Origin: Candidatus Obscuribacteraceae bacterium
Lineage (GTDB): Bacteria > Cyanobacteriota > Vampirovibrionia > Obscuribacterales > Obscuribacteraceae
DNA length: 64,000 nucleotides
Direction of reading: 5' to 3'
Assembly: GCA_044229845.1 (NCBI GenBank)
Contig: JBGASG010000001.1
Location: forward strand, 480,001 to 544,000
A program made the position numbers and the translations under genes. The notes beneath the pieces were generated by a model. That model ran no database searches. It saw nothing but the letters and a program-made list of their open reading frames with translations, and had not been told where the DNA came from. This document shows positions 29,384-38,325 of this stretch, in pieces; positions within the stretch are counted from its first letter, which is position 1; each line of letters starts with the position of its first letter.

Positions 29384-31034
29384 TAGTAGCCCTTCTACTG
29401 CCAATAAGCGCAGCAAGTCGTTCTCCCAGATCTACGGCGGGCCGCTTGTAGCCTGCATTGACATGGGAACCAACTCCTTCCATATGATCGTTTGCCAAGC
29501 CACCGAGTCGCGCGATCACTTTGAAGTGGTGACGCGGGTCAAGGAAGCGGTGCCATTCTTCCGCCGGGCTTTGACTGCGCACTATATCGATGAAGTGGCG
29601 CTGTCATCAGCTATTCGCATCGTTCGCGACATGAAGACCAAAGCATTTCAAAAAGGGGCGAAGGACGTTCTGGCAGTGGCTACCTCGGCGGTCCGCGAGG
29701 CAAACAACGGAGAAGAGGTGCTGCAACGCATCCGCGAAGAGCTGGAAATCGACGCTCGCATGATTTCCGGACGCGAAGAAGCGCGTCTGATTTACCTGGG
29801 CGTTCTCTGGAGCATGCCCTCAATCAGGGGAGACTTCGCCATCATCGATATTGGTGGTGGCAGCACGGAAATTGTGGTCGGTGACCGCAACGAAGTGCGC
29901 TTCTCCGAATCGTACAAGTTGGGAGCAGCGCGGCTCACCCAGCGGTTCTTCAAGAAAGAGAAACCGACACAGCAAGAATTGCGAGAATTGCACGACGAAG
30001 TTCGGGGTGTTCTGAGACCGGCTGCCGCCAGGATCACACAAAGCGGTGGCTTCGGGCAAATGATTGGTACGTCCGGCACAGTGCAGACGCTGGCCAAGCT
30101 CGATCGCATCCGCAGCAAGAAAACTCAAGTCGATGCGCATGGATACAGGCTCAGTCTCGGTAATCTCGAAGAGATAGTCCACCTTTTGGAGGAGACGGCT
30201 CTGGAAGGCGGCAAGATCAAAGACCTGTCGGCAGACCGCAACCGCACCATTCTTGCTGGTGCCATCGTACTTCTGGAAGGGATGCGCTCTTTTGGAGCTG
30301 CCAACACAGTCGTCTGCACGGCAGCACTGCGCGAAGGGGTTGTGGTCGATCGCTTTCTGCAAACCGGCTGGTTGAAGGGCGGACTGGAAGCGCACCGCGA
30401 CCCGCGTTCATCGAGCGTGCACGAACTGCTCAATAAGTATCAGGCCAGCGTCCCCCACGCCGAGCAAGTGGCCAGGCTGGCTTGCGACATCTTCCGCAAG
30501 ACGCACGGCATACTGCATCACTATCCCGAGCAAGCGGAGCACCTGCTGTGGTCAGCCGCTATGCTGCATGATGTCGGCATGTTCATCGGTCGAAACGGGC
30601 ACCACAAGCACTCCTATTACCTGATTAAGAACGGCGGTCTGCTCGGTCATTCCGAGGAAGAAGTGGCTGTGATTGCCAGTATCGCCCGCTATCACCGGGG
30701 CAGCGAGCCCAAAGAAGCTCATGAAGCGGTGACTACAATCGTGCCGACGCAACGGCGCATGGTCAGCGAACTGGCAGCAATACTGCGCCTGGCGGAAGCG
30801 CTCGATCGCAGTCACCGTCAGGTGGTGCATCGCGTGGAGTTCGATTTCGAAACGTCACTTAAAGGCAAAGATGGACGCGAGCAAGTGTCGTTGCTGGTCT
30901 ACTTGCGACCGGGCGAAAACTGGGAGCCCGAAACCTGGGCGCTCAAAGAGAAGAAAGCCTTCTTCGAGAAAATCTTCCAGCTGCGGTTAGCGGTGGAAGT
31001 GCGCGTGGATTCGCGCTACACGCACTTACCCTAA
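29376..31034 (+). CDS. ppx: Ppx/GppA exopolyphosphatase with HD domain
   Basis: IDMGTNSFH, ATSAVREA, ISGREEA, DIGGGSTE, LREG, LHDVG, HHKHSYY. Confidence 0.93.
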   Translation: MLSSSPSTANKRSKSFSQIYGGPLVACIDMGTNSFHMIVCQATESRDHFEVVTRVKEAVPFFRRALTAHYIDEVALSSAIRIVRDMKTKAFQKGAKDVLAVATSAVREANNGEEVLQRIREELEIDARMISGREEARLIYLGVLWSMPSIRGDFAIIDIGGGSTEIVVGDRNEVRFSESYKLGAARLTQRFFKKEKPTQQELRELHDEVRGVLRPAAARITQSGGFGQMIGTSGTVQTLAKLDRIRSKKTQVDAHGYRLSLGNLEEIVHLLEETALEGGKIKDLSADRNRTILAGAIVLLEGMRSFGAANTVVCTAALREGVVVDRFLQTGWLKGGLEAHRDPRSSSVHELLNKYQASVPHAEQVARLACDIFRKTHGILHHYPEQAEHLLWSAAMLHDVGMFIGRNGHHKHSYYLIKNGGLLGHSEEEVAVIASIARYHRGSEPKEAHEAVTTIVPTQRRMVSELAAILRLAEALDRSHRQVVHRVEFDFETSLKGKDGREQVSLLVYLRPGENWEPETWALKEKKAFFEKIFQLRLAVEVRVDSRYTHLP

Positions 31035-31054
31035 GTCCGCGCCAATTGCTTTGT

Positions 31055-31663
31055 TTACTTGGTGGCGAGTTGTTTAGACTGAATAGTCTCGGCCATTTTT
31101 TTGACGTTGGTTAGACGCTTGCCGAGTTTCTTACCCTGGAAGCTCTCCATCATGCCGCGTGGAATCGGCAGCCCCATGTCGATGTAGGACGTGAGCTCGA
31201 GAATGGTGCCTTTGCCATCTTCGGTCGGGGTCAGAACCCAGCTTCCTTCAAATGCTTTGAAGCGGTCGGATTTGACCATGGTGTAGTCGATGCGCTCGTT
31301 CACTACCTCGTCTTGCTTCATGAGGCAGGTAGCGCTGCCGATTACAGGGATAAGATTGAACTTCTGCTCCAACATTTTGACGTTGGCTTTTTCTTCCAGA
31401 AGCTTGCTGTACTCCAGGTCGGGATCGTGCTTGCGCTCCTCGTGGACTGATTCCCAGACGACGTGAGGCGAAGCGTTGATCAAAACGCGACCTTTGACGA
31501 ACTTCTTGTTCTCGGTCTTTTTCTCGGTGCTAACAACCGCTTCGCCTTTCTTGAAGGCAGCGTCCGAACAGGTGTCTTTGGCTGCAACGGCTGAGACTGT
31601 GGTTAGCGCGAGGGTGAGACAGAGAGCGGTTCTTGATAGGAAACGGATGCCAGGCGAAAACAA
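31055..31663 (-). CDS. Exported SRPBCC/START (polyketide-cyclase-like) lipid-binding protein
   Basis: TTG 31663 after GAGGGGAG gives a signal peptide; INASPHVVW...FKAFEGSWVLTP. Confidence 0.8.
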   Translation of the reverse strand: MFSPGIRFLSRTALCLTLALTTVSAVAAKDTCSDAAFKKGEAVVSTEKKTENKKFVKGRVLINASPHVVWESVHEERKHDPDLEYSKLLEEKANVKMLEQKFNLIPVIGSATCLMKQDEVVNERIDYTMVKSDRFKAFEGSWVLTPTEDGKGTILELTSYIDMGLPIPRGMMESFQGKKLGKRLTNVKKMAETIQSKQLATK

Positions 31664-31859
31664 ATTGACCTCCCCTCTAGGCGCCCAAATCGCTGATTTG
31701 GTGAGCCTTAAAACCATTATGCCACCAGATACGGTTACATGTAAATAGCGGCTGACAACCTGCGGACAGGTTGATATTACCTTGACCTCTATCAATAGGT
31801 TATGACGAGATCTTTATTGTCGAGTTCCAGTGTTTTGAAAGGTTCTTTCTTGAGAACTT

Positions 31860-32516
31860 CTAGAATCCAAACGGGATGGCCGCCGGCACGATCCGTCGCC
31901 ACTTGAGTTCCTCGGCGTACTGCTTGTAGTCGGGTCCCAGTGTCTTTAAAAGAAGTTCCTCTTCGTACTTGGCTCGACGCAACCAGAGCGGTGCGATCAC
32001 CAGCAGGGTGAAAAGAGCGATGCTCCAGGACAGTGCTGCTACCGATGCTCCGAAGAGCGATTGGCAGATGCCTGAGTAGATAGGATGCATGACGAACTTC
32101 AGCATGCCTGTTTTGCGGACTGTGTGGTTGTCCTGGATTTCTGCGTCGGTGGAGAACATATCGCCGAGCGAATACCAGCCACCGATCATGAAGATCAGCC
32201 CGCTGGCCAGAATAATCACACCGACCCAGGAGATTATGGCGCCGACTGCATCCGGCAAAATTCCTTGCAGTGTCCAGATGAGTTTCAGCCCGGGCTGCCC
32301 TTGATGGATGATTTCGTTCTTGGCGAAAAATGCTGCTACCAGCATGAATATGGCTGCCAGACTGCAGAGCTGCGGTGCCCGTTGCAGGAAGAAGTGCTTC
32401 TCGTAGAAGACACCTTTGCCGGCTCTACCAAATCCTTTGATCAAGACGGGGGTGGCAATAATCGCGCCTACAGCGACAAGCCCCGCGGTCACAAGTGTTG
32501 GTGCATCGAGATTCAT
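31860..32516 (-). CDS. ICMT/PEMT-family membrane methyltransferase
   Basis: LG..FS......H.VRKTG..K.VMHPIYSG...EEELL...GPDY..Y. Confidence 0.85.
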   Translation of the reverse strand: MNLDAPTLVTAGLVAVGAIIATPVLIKGFGRAGKGVFYEKHFFLQRAPQLCSLAAIFMLVAAFFAKNEIIHQGQPGLKLIWTLQGILPDAVGAIISWVGVIILASGLIFMIGGWYSLGDMFSTDAEIQDNHTVRKTGMLKFVMHPIYSGICQSLFGASVAALSWSIALFTLLVIAPLWLRRAKYEEELLLKTLGPDYKQYAEELKWRRIVPAAIPFGF

Positions 32517-32528
32517 CGTAATTACCTT

Positions 32529-33290
32529 CTAGAGTTTGAACAGATCATCGCTAAGGGAGGCGGAGATTTTGAGGTTCTTCCAGACAGTGCGGGCGAACAA
32601 ACGACCGTCCTGATAGTCGAACCACTCCACCGGTAAAAGAGACTGCGAGTTTACGTAAGCTCGCTTGTACAGCGTGTCGCCTTTGTAGATCTCCAGGATG
32701 TATACCTTTTCCGGATGTCCATCCACGGCGATCGGGCGGTCTGTGACACGGCTTTTCATGCCTTGTTTCAGGAAGCCCTGGACCACCCGGCACATACTGG
32801 CCCAGTCCGAGTCGACCATTGGAAAACCGTTGGCCGACAGGAGTTGATCGGAATTTTCAGACAGCGTCACGGTGAATGCCGAGAGGGCACCACCCAAGTG
32901 ACCGCGTACCTTGCCGTCTTTTCCAATCACAGCTACTGCGCCCTTCTTGTAGTCGCCTACTTCTTCCACCCTTAATAGACGGGGTTTCATGAAGTAGAAG
33001 TTTCCTTTTTCAAAGATTGTTTTCTTTCCTTTGAAGACCGACATTTCGTAGGTGAAGGAGTAAGCCTTCAGGTCACTGGCGGCATTGGTCATGTCGTTGA
33101 TGATCTCGGTGCCGTCCACGGTTTTGCCGATGCCGCTGATTTGAGATAAGGAAGAGAAACTGCTGACCAGGGGTTGCACCGTGGAGTCTGCCTGACACGC
33201 TGGCGGCAGGCTGACTGAAAGGACTGTTGCCGCTATCGCGAAAGCCGCCAGCGGCGATCTAAATCTAGATTTTTGTCGGGTGAGAAGCAT
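32529..33290 (-). CDS. Exported LolA-like / lipoprotein-carrier-fold protein
   Basis: Signal peptide; YSFTY..., GNFYFMKPRLLRVE; C-terminal NLKI...LSDDLF. Confidence 0.7.
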   Translation of the reverse strand: MLLTRQKSRFRSPLAAFAIAATVLSVSLPPACQADSTVQPLVSSFSSLSQISGIGKTVDGTEIINDMTNAASDLKAYSFTYEMSVFKGKKTIFEKGNFYFMKPRLLRVEEVGDYKKGAVAVIGKDGKVRGHLGGALSAFTVTLSENSDQLLSANGFPMVDSDWASMCRVVQGFLKQGMKSRVTDRPIAVDGHPEKVYILEIYKGDTLYKRAYVNSQSLLPVEWFDYQDGRLFARTVWKNLKISASLSDDLFKL

Positions 33291-33550
33291 TAACGGACGA
33301 TTTCCATAGTGCGGACGCGACCAACGTGTTTGGGTAGCTTTCTGACAGATGGAGCTACGGAGCGTCCCCGCAGAAATAGGCAGTCGTGGTTGTCAGGAAT
33401 CTAAGAATCTCAGCCAACAACCGCGGACCCAGTTTCCGTGCGGCGCGTCATTATGTCACGCGTTGCAATCAAGCGTCCTTAGACCCGCTTATTGTTGCCA
33501 AGGCGAGCGGAAGCAGGACGATTCCCAGCTTAACGAAATCCGGCTTAATG

Positions 33551-34264
33551 CTATTTCACACAAGTGGGGACGTCGGAGCTAGTCTTGGTTTCTTCCGTCG
33601 GACATTGCCATAGTTTGAGCAGCGCTTCCAGAATCACGTCGGCGCCTTCCGGAATCTCATTGCCGGTCTTGTTTTCGATGTCGCCAAGCATGCGCTTCAT
33701 CCAGAGCGCATGGCGAGTGTGTGGTTTGGCATGCAGGCGCAGCCATTCAAGCCCATCTTCTACTACTTCGGAGGAATATTTTTCCGGGTGACGCTCGAAG
33801 TAGCTGTCGTAATGCGGCAGAGCAGCGCGTGAATAAAGTGTGGCAGCCATTTCAGCCGCGACGATGGCATGCACTCCGTCGACGTATGAAGACTCCTGGC
33901 AGAATCTCTTCATGCCCTCACAGAGCACCCGGGTGGTTTCGCCGGGCACGATTTTGACCAGGTCGCGCTCATCAAGACCCGCCAGATAGCACTGGCGAAT
34001 GAACAACTGCTGGTAGTGGCGCTCATCGTCTGCCAGTTGCTGGAGCAGGTTTTGAGCTGCTTCCATGTGCGGCGGTGCCTTTTCACGCACAGCGCCGATG
34101 TTGGTCGGCAGGTCTTTGATGAACGGCCAGAGGTCGGTGAGGTTTTCTTTGGCCGCATCGACGATCTTGTCGTCGTCGGCCAGATTGGCAAACCATGGAC
34201 TGGTAGAGCATCCCCAGCTAATTCGGTCCAACAAGATCGGCAGCCAACTGGGTAGTGAAGCCAT
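33551..34264 (-). CDS. Heme-oxygenase-like diiron (TenA/PqqC/CADD/UndA superfamily) redox enzyme
   Basis: All-helical; LWPF, DDERHY, AAEMA, WLRLHAKPHTRH ligand-bearing segments. Confidence 0.7.
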   Translation of the reverse strand: MASLPSWLPILLDRISWGCSTSPWFANLADDDKIVDAAKENLTDLWPFIKDLPTNIGAVREKAPPHMEAAQNLLQQLADDERHYQQLFIRQCYLAGLDERDLVKIVPGETTRVLCEGMKRFCQESSYVDGVHAIVAAEMAATLYSRAALPHYDSYFERHPEKYSSEVVEDGLEWLRLHAKPHTRHALWMKRMLGDIENKTGNEIPEGADVILEALLKLWQCPTEETKTSSDVPTCVK

Positions 34265-34543
34265 GGTGATGTAAGTCCCTCTCGACGAAAAAGCGTACGG
34301 CAGTGTTAATCACTTCGTACTTGCCTGAGATAGCTTAACACCCCATGCAGTGCCTTCTTTGCGAAAACTCAGAGTAACTTAACGAATTTATGCAAGCTGA
34401 CGCGGCGGTAGTTGGACCGTCACGCTCGGCAACCCAGGGTAAAAATAGCCCAATACTGCGTCACATTGCCTGTTGAGCCAAGCTGTCAGTTGGTAAACTA
34501 GGGCGCCTCCCCAATGGCGGATGCGGCGCCGGGCTAGAAACCA

Positions 34544-35455
34544 ATGCTTGAAGATAACTTTGCCAAGGTCGGTAGTGCGCCGAATCTCTCACCAGCGCGA
34601 CCTGCCGAGACTCGCATTTTCACCACTTCCGATGGTGTAGAGCAGTTTGCCCGCGTCATTCGCGCCAGAACGGCAGAGGTAGCCACGCTTGTATACCTGC
34701 ACGGCATCGAGGGACATAGCCTCTGGTTCGAGGAAACTGCCGAGATTCTGGCTGCCCAGGGAATTACGACCTATGCGCTCGACCGACGCGGCGCCGGGAT
34801 GAGCCGCGAACCGCGCGGTGATCTGCGCGACTGGCGCCGTCTGGTCAAGGACATCGACGAAACGGTCGACTCGATAGCGGCTTTGTCCGACACACCGCTT
34901 TTTCTCATGGCCAACTGCTGGGGCGCAAAGGCGGCTATCGTTTCGGTTGCCGATGCAGCTGAGTTTCCTGCCTGCCACCGGCACATAAAGGGACTTATCC
35001 TCACTTCGCCCGCCATTGCCGTCCAGGTCGACGTCGATCTGCCGACGAAACTGCAAATCGGGTTGAGCTATTTCCTTCGTGACGGAAAGTTGTTTCCCGT
35101 TCCGCTCGTGCCTGAGCACTTCACGGACAATCCGCCCTACCTCGACTTCATTCGCCAGGACGAACTCCGCCTAAAAGACGCGACGGCATCGTTCTTCCTC
35201 CAGAGTTTGATTCTCACCCGCCGAGCCCAGCTGGCTACCAGCCGCCTCAAATTGCCGGTACTGCTTTTGCAGTCGGGCCGCGACGGAATAGTTGTGGTAT
35301 CCAAAATCGAGAAATGGTTTTCACAAGTTGCTGCCGCCGATAAGAAACTGGAGATGTTTCCGGCCGCCGCGCACAGTCTGGATTTTGAAGCGGGCAGCGA
35401 ACGTCAGCGCTATCTGCAGGTGCTTGGAGAATGGCTCCTGGAGCGTGCCCGATGA
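34544..35455 (+). CDS. Alpha/beta hydrolase (lysophospholipase-like) with Cys at the nucleophile elbow
   Basis: YLHGIEGHS, DRRGAGMS, MANCWGA, SGRDGIV, AAHSL. Confidence 0.88.
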   Translation: MLEDNFAKVGSAPNLSPARPAETRIFTTSDGVEQFARVIRARTAEVATLVYLHGIEGHSLWFEETAEILAAQGITTYALDRRGAGMSREPRGDLRDWRRLVKDIDETVDSIAALSDTPLFLMANCWGAKAAIVSVADAAEFPACHRHIKGLILTSPAIAVQVDVDLPTKLQIGLSYFLRDGKLFPVPLVPEHFTDNPPYLDFIRQDELRLKDATASFFLQSLILTRRAQLATSRLKLPVLLLQSGRDGIVVVSKIEKWFSQVAAADKKLEMFPAAAHSLDFEAGSERQRYLQVLGEWLLERAR

Positions 35456-36630
35456 AAATCGTTGCCATCGACACTTTCAAGGTGCTGCTGCCGTTTAGAT
35501 TCAGCTTCAAGCACAGCCTGGCGGCAAGAGCCGAATCCGAGAATCTGATCGTGCGCGTCAGAACCGATAGCGGCGTCACCGGATATGGTGAGGCCGTGCC
35601 GCGTGATTATGTTACCGGCGAGCATATCGATCAGGCATGCACCAATATTCACCGCCTCTACAAACCGCAGCTGATAGGTCTGCAATTGGATGATCCGGCT
35701 GCCTGCTACGCACAGATCAATCAGGTTTTCGATCAATTGTCGATCGGGACAAAATTGCAGGGCGCTTCCTGGTCGGCGGTCGAGCTGGCAGTCCTGGACG
35801 CGCTTGGGCAGGCACAAGGCAAGTTTACGCTGGATGTGCTTGGCAGCCGCAAGCAGGAGCGCATTCGTTATGGCGGCGTGGTGCCGTTCGGCAGCAAAAA
35901 AGGGCTGCTCGCGATTCTCTGGTTTTACAAGCTGCTCGGTTTTCAGACCGTGAAGATCAAAGTCGGCACAGGACTGGACGATGATCTCTACAAAGTGCAG
36001 GTGGCCCGCAAAGTCATGGGACCGGACGCGATTATCCGCGTCGATGCAAATTGCGCATGGAGCGCCGCGCAAACCGTCGAAGCGGCAAATGCATTTCGGC
36101 CGTACAGCATCGCTTCGATCGAACAACCTGTTCCAGCAGATGACTACATCGGACTGAAACAAATAATGTCCAGCATCGAAGATGAGATTGTTGTCGACGA
36201 ATCACTGTGTACGGTCGAGCAAGCAGAGCGGTTGGCTGCTGAGAAACTCTGTCGGGCCTTCAATATCAGGCTTTCAAAGGTCGGCGGTTTTTGCGGCGCA
36301 TCACGGATGGTGGCAATTGCCAAGCGCGCCAATCTGCGCTGTCACCTGGGCGCGCAGGTGGGAGAAACAGGTATACTCAGCGCTGCTGCACGCGCATTCG
36401 CTATGCTCAACGAAAACTTTGAAAACTATGAAGGTTCTGCCAACTTCTTCTTGCTAAAACGTGACATTACGCGCGAAGGATTGAACGCCGGACTGGGAGG
36501 CTGGGGCGATCTCTCCTATGCCTCCGGAAACAAATCGGGCTGGGGAGTAACCGTCGACACATCTACATTGGCACCGACGTCGCAAGAGTCAGCGGCGCCA
36601 CAACTGGAGCATGGGGTTTCATTGAATTGA
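35452..36630 (+). CDS. Enolase-superfamily enzyme, muconate-lactonizing/dipeptide-epimerase subgroup
   Basis: GYGEAVP, KIKVG, RVDAN, IEQP, VDES, NIRLSKVGG. Confidence 0.9.
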   Translation: MKIVAIDTFKVLLPFRFSFKHSLAARAESENLIVRVRTDSGVTGYGEAVPRDYVTGEHIDQACTNIHRLYKPQLIGLQLDDPAACYAQINQVFDQLSIGTKLQGASWSAVELAVLDALGQAQGKFTLDVLGSRKQERIRYGGVVPFGSKKGLLAILWFYKLLGFQTVKIKVGTGLDDDLYKVQVARKVMGPDAIIRVDANCAWSAAQTVEAANAFRPYSIASIEQPVPADDYIGLKQIMSSIEDEIVVDESLCTVEQAERLAAEKLCRAFNIRLSKVGGFCGASRMVAIAKRANLRCHLGAQVGETGILSAAARAFAMLNENFENYEGSANFFLLKRDITREGLNAGLGGWGDLSYASGNKSGWGVTVDTSTLAPTSQESAAPQLEHGVSLN

Positions 36631-38303
36631 GAAAGGTTGAAGTAGCGCTGGGACAGGCTTATAGATATGCGACGCATGTGCGCCGCTTCGATCAAGCTTT
36701 GCGTACCCCGCTACCGGCTCAGCACGACAAGCTGATGCAGGTGATCAAAGCTAACGAAAATACTGCGTTCGGGCAGAAACACAACTTCGCCAAGATCAAT
36801 TCGATCAGCGACTATCAGAGTTTGGTGCCGCCCAATACGTATGAAGATCTGCAGCCTTACATCGAGCGCGTCATGAACGGCCGGCGTGGGCAGCTGACCA
36901 ACGAAGACGTCGTCATGTTTGCCACTACTAGCGGTACCACAGGCAAACCGAAATATATTCCGATCACGCCTTCGCACCTCAAAGATTACACCCATGCCTT
37001 TCAGGTGCAGAACTACAAGATGATCGTTGACTATCCGGGCGCACCGCTCGGTACTTACATGATCTTCTCCAGCAACGACGAAGAGGGCCGCACCGCGGCA
37101 GGCATTCCTTTTGGTTCGGTCTCTGGACTCTTGCGCCAGCGACAATCGTCGCTCGTCCAGAAGTATTTTGCGCTCCCTCACCTGGTGAGCCGCATCAAAG
37201 ACGTTGAAGTCAAATACTACGTGATGCTGCGTCTGGCTCTTTGTCAGGATGTTTCAGCGATTCTCGGTTGCAATCCATCCAGCATGCTGTTGCTTGCCGA
37301 CCAGATGCAGGAGCGCGCCGAAGAATTGATTAGCGACATCGCGGAAGGCACGCTGCGAAAAGCATTCATGCCACCGCCCGCGATTGCGGAACCCCTTTCA
37401 CGTCACTTTGTCCACGACCGAGTGCGTGCGCAAGAATTGCAGCGCATTCTCGATAAACACGGGCGACTCACTCCAGAGCTGGTCTGGCCGAACATGGCCA
37501 TGCTCTCCTGCTGGAAGGGTGGACCGATGTCGTTTTATCTGGATCGCCTGCCGGCTGTTTACGGAGACTTGCCGATTCGCGACTTCGGCTATATGGCCAG
37601 CGAAGGGCGGGGAACTATTTCTATCTCGCATCAGGGTGCCGGCGGCGTGGTCGCTCTCACCTGCCACTTCTTCGAGTTCGTGCCGGAAAACGAAAAAGAC
37701 TTGCCCAACCCGACCTTCTTGACTGTCGACCAGCTGGAGTTGGGTGGTCGCTACTACATCTATTTCACAACCTCCTCGGGACTCTATCGCTACGACATCA
37801 ACGACCTGATCGAGGTCGAGAGCTTTGAGTACAACACACCTGTTATTCGCTTTGTCCAGAAAGGAATGGGGGTGAGCTCCGTCACTGGCGAGAAGATCAC
37901 CGAAGAACAGGTGCAGGTAGCTCTGCAGTACGCGTTGCGCATGCTTAACCTGTCCGGTATCGAGCACTTTACTTTTGCCGTCGAAATGGATTACCCGCCG
38001 CACTATGTCTGTTTCGCCGAGGTCAAGCAAGACTTGCCGGATTCTGTGGTTCAGGAATTCCTCAGGGTTTTCGAGCAGTCTTTGCAATTGCAAAACATCG
38101 AGTACAAAGACAAGCGGGCAACAAAGCGCCTGGGTGCTCCCAAGTTCCAGAAGGTTCCCAATGGAACATTCACACGCTTAAGACAACATCGCGTTTCGGC
38201 CGGAGCACCGGAAGCACAGGTTAAAATTCCCCTGTTGAATGCGGGGGTGGATTTCTACCACACGCTCGCAACCATCGGTTGTGTCCTGTCGCTAACCAAC
38301 TGA
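36627..38303 (+). CDS. GH3-family acyl-acid amido synthetase (adenylating enzyme)
   Basis: TTSGTTGKPKYIP, YMASEG, FFEF, GLYRYDINDL, GEKITE. Confidence 0.93.
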   Translation: MRKVEVALGQAYRYATHVRRFDQALRTPLPAQHDKLMQVIKANENTAFGQKHNFAKINSISDYQSLVPPNTYEDLQPYIERVMNGRRGQLTNEDVVMFATTSGTTGKPKYIPITPSHLKDYTHAFQVQNYKMIVDYPGAPLGTYMIFSSNDEEGRTAAGIPFGSVSGLLRQRQSSLVQKYFALPHLVSRIKDVEVKYYVMLRLALCQDVSAILGCNPSSMLLLADQMQERAEELISDIAEGTLRKAFMPPPAIAEPLSRHFVHDRVRAQELQRILDKHGRLTPELVWPNMAMLSCWKGGPMSFYLDRLPAVYGDLPIRDFGYMASEGRGTISISHQGAGGVVALTCHFFEFVPENEKDLPNPTFLTVDQLELGGRYYIYFTTSSGLYRYDINDLIEVESFEYNTPVIRFVQKGMGVSSVTGEKITEEQVQVALQYALRMLNLSGIEHFTFAVEMDYPPHYVCFAEVKQDLPDSVVQEFLRVFEQSLQLQNIEYKDKRATKRLGAPKFQKVPNGTFTRLRQHRVSAGAPEAQVKIPLLNAGVDFYHTLATIGCVLSLTN

Positions 38304-38325
38304 CCTTTTACAGAGGAAACCGAAA

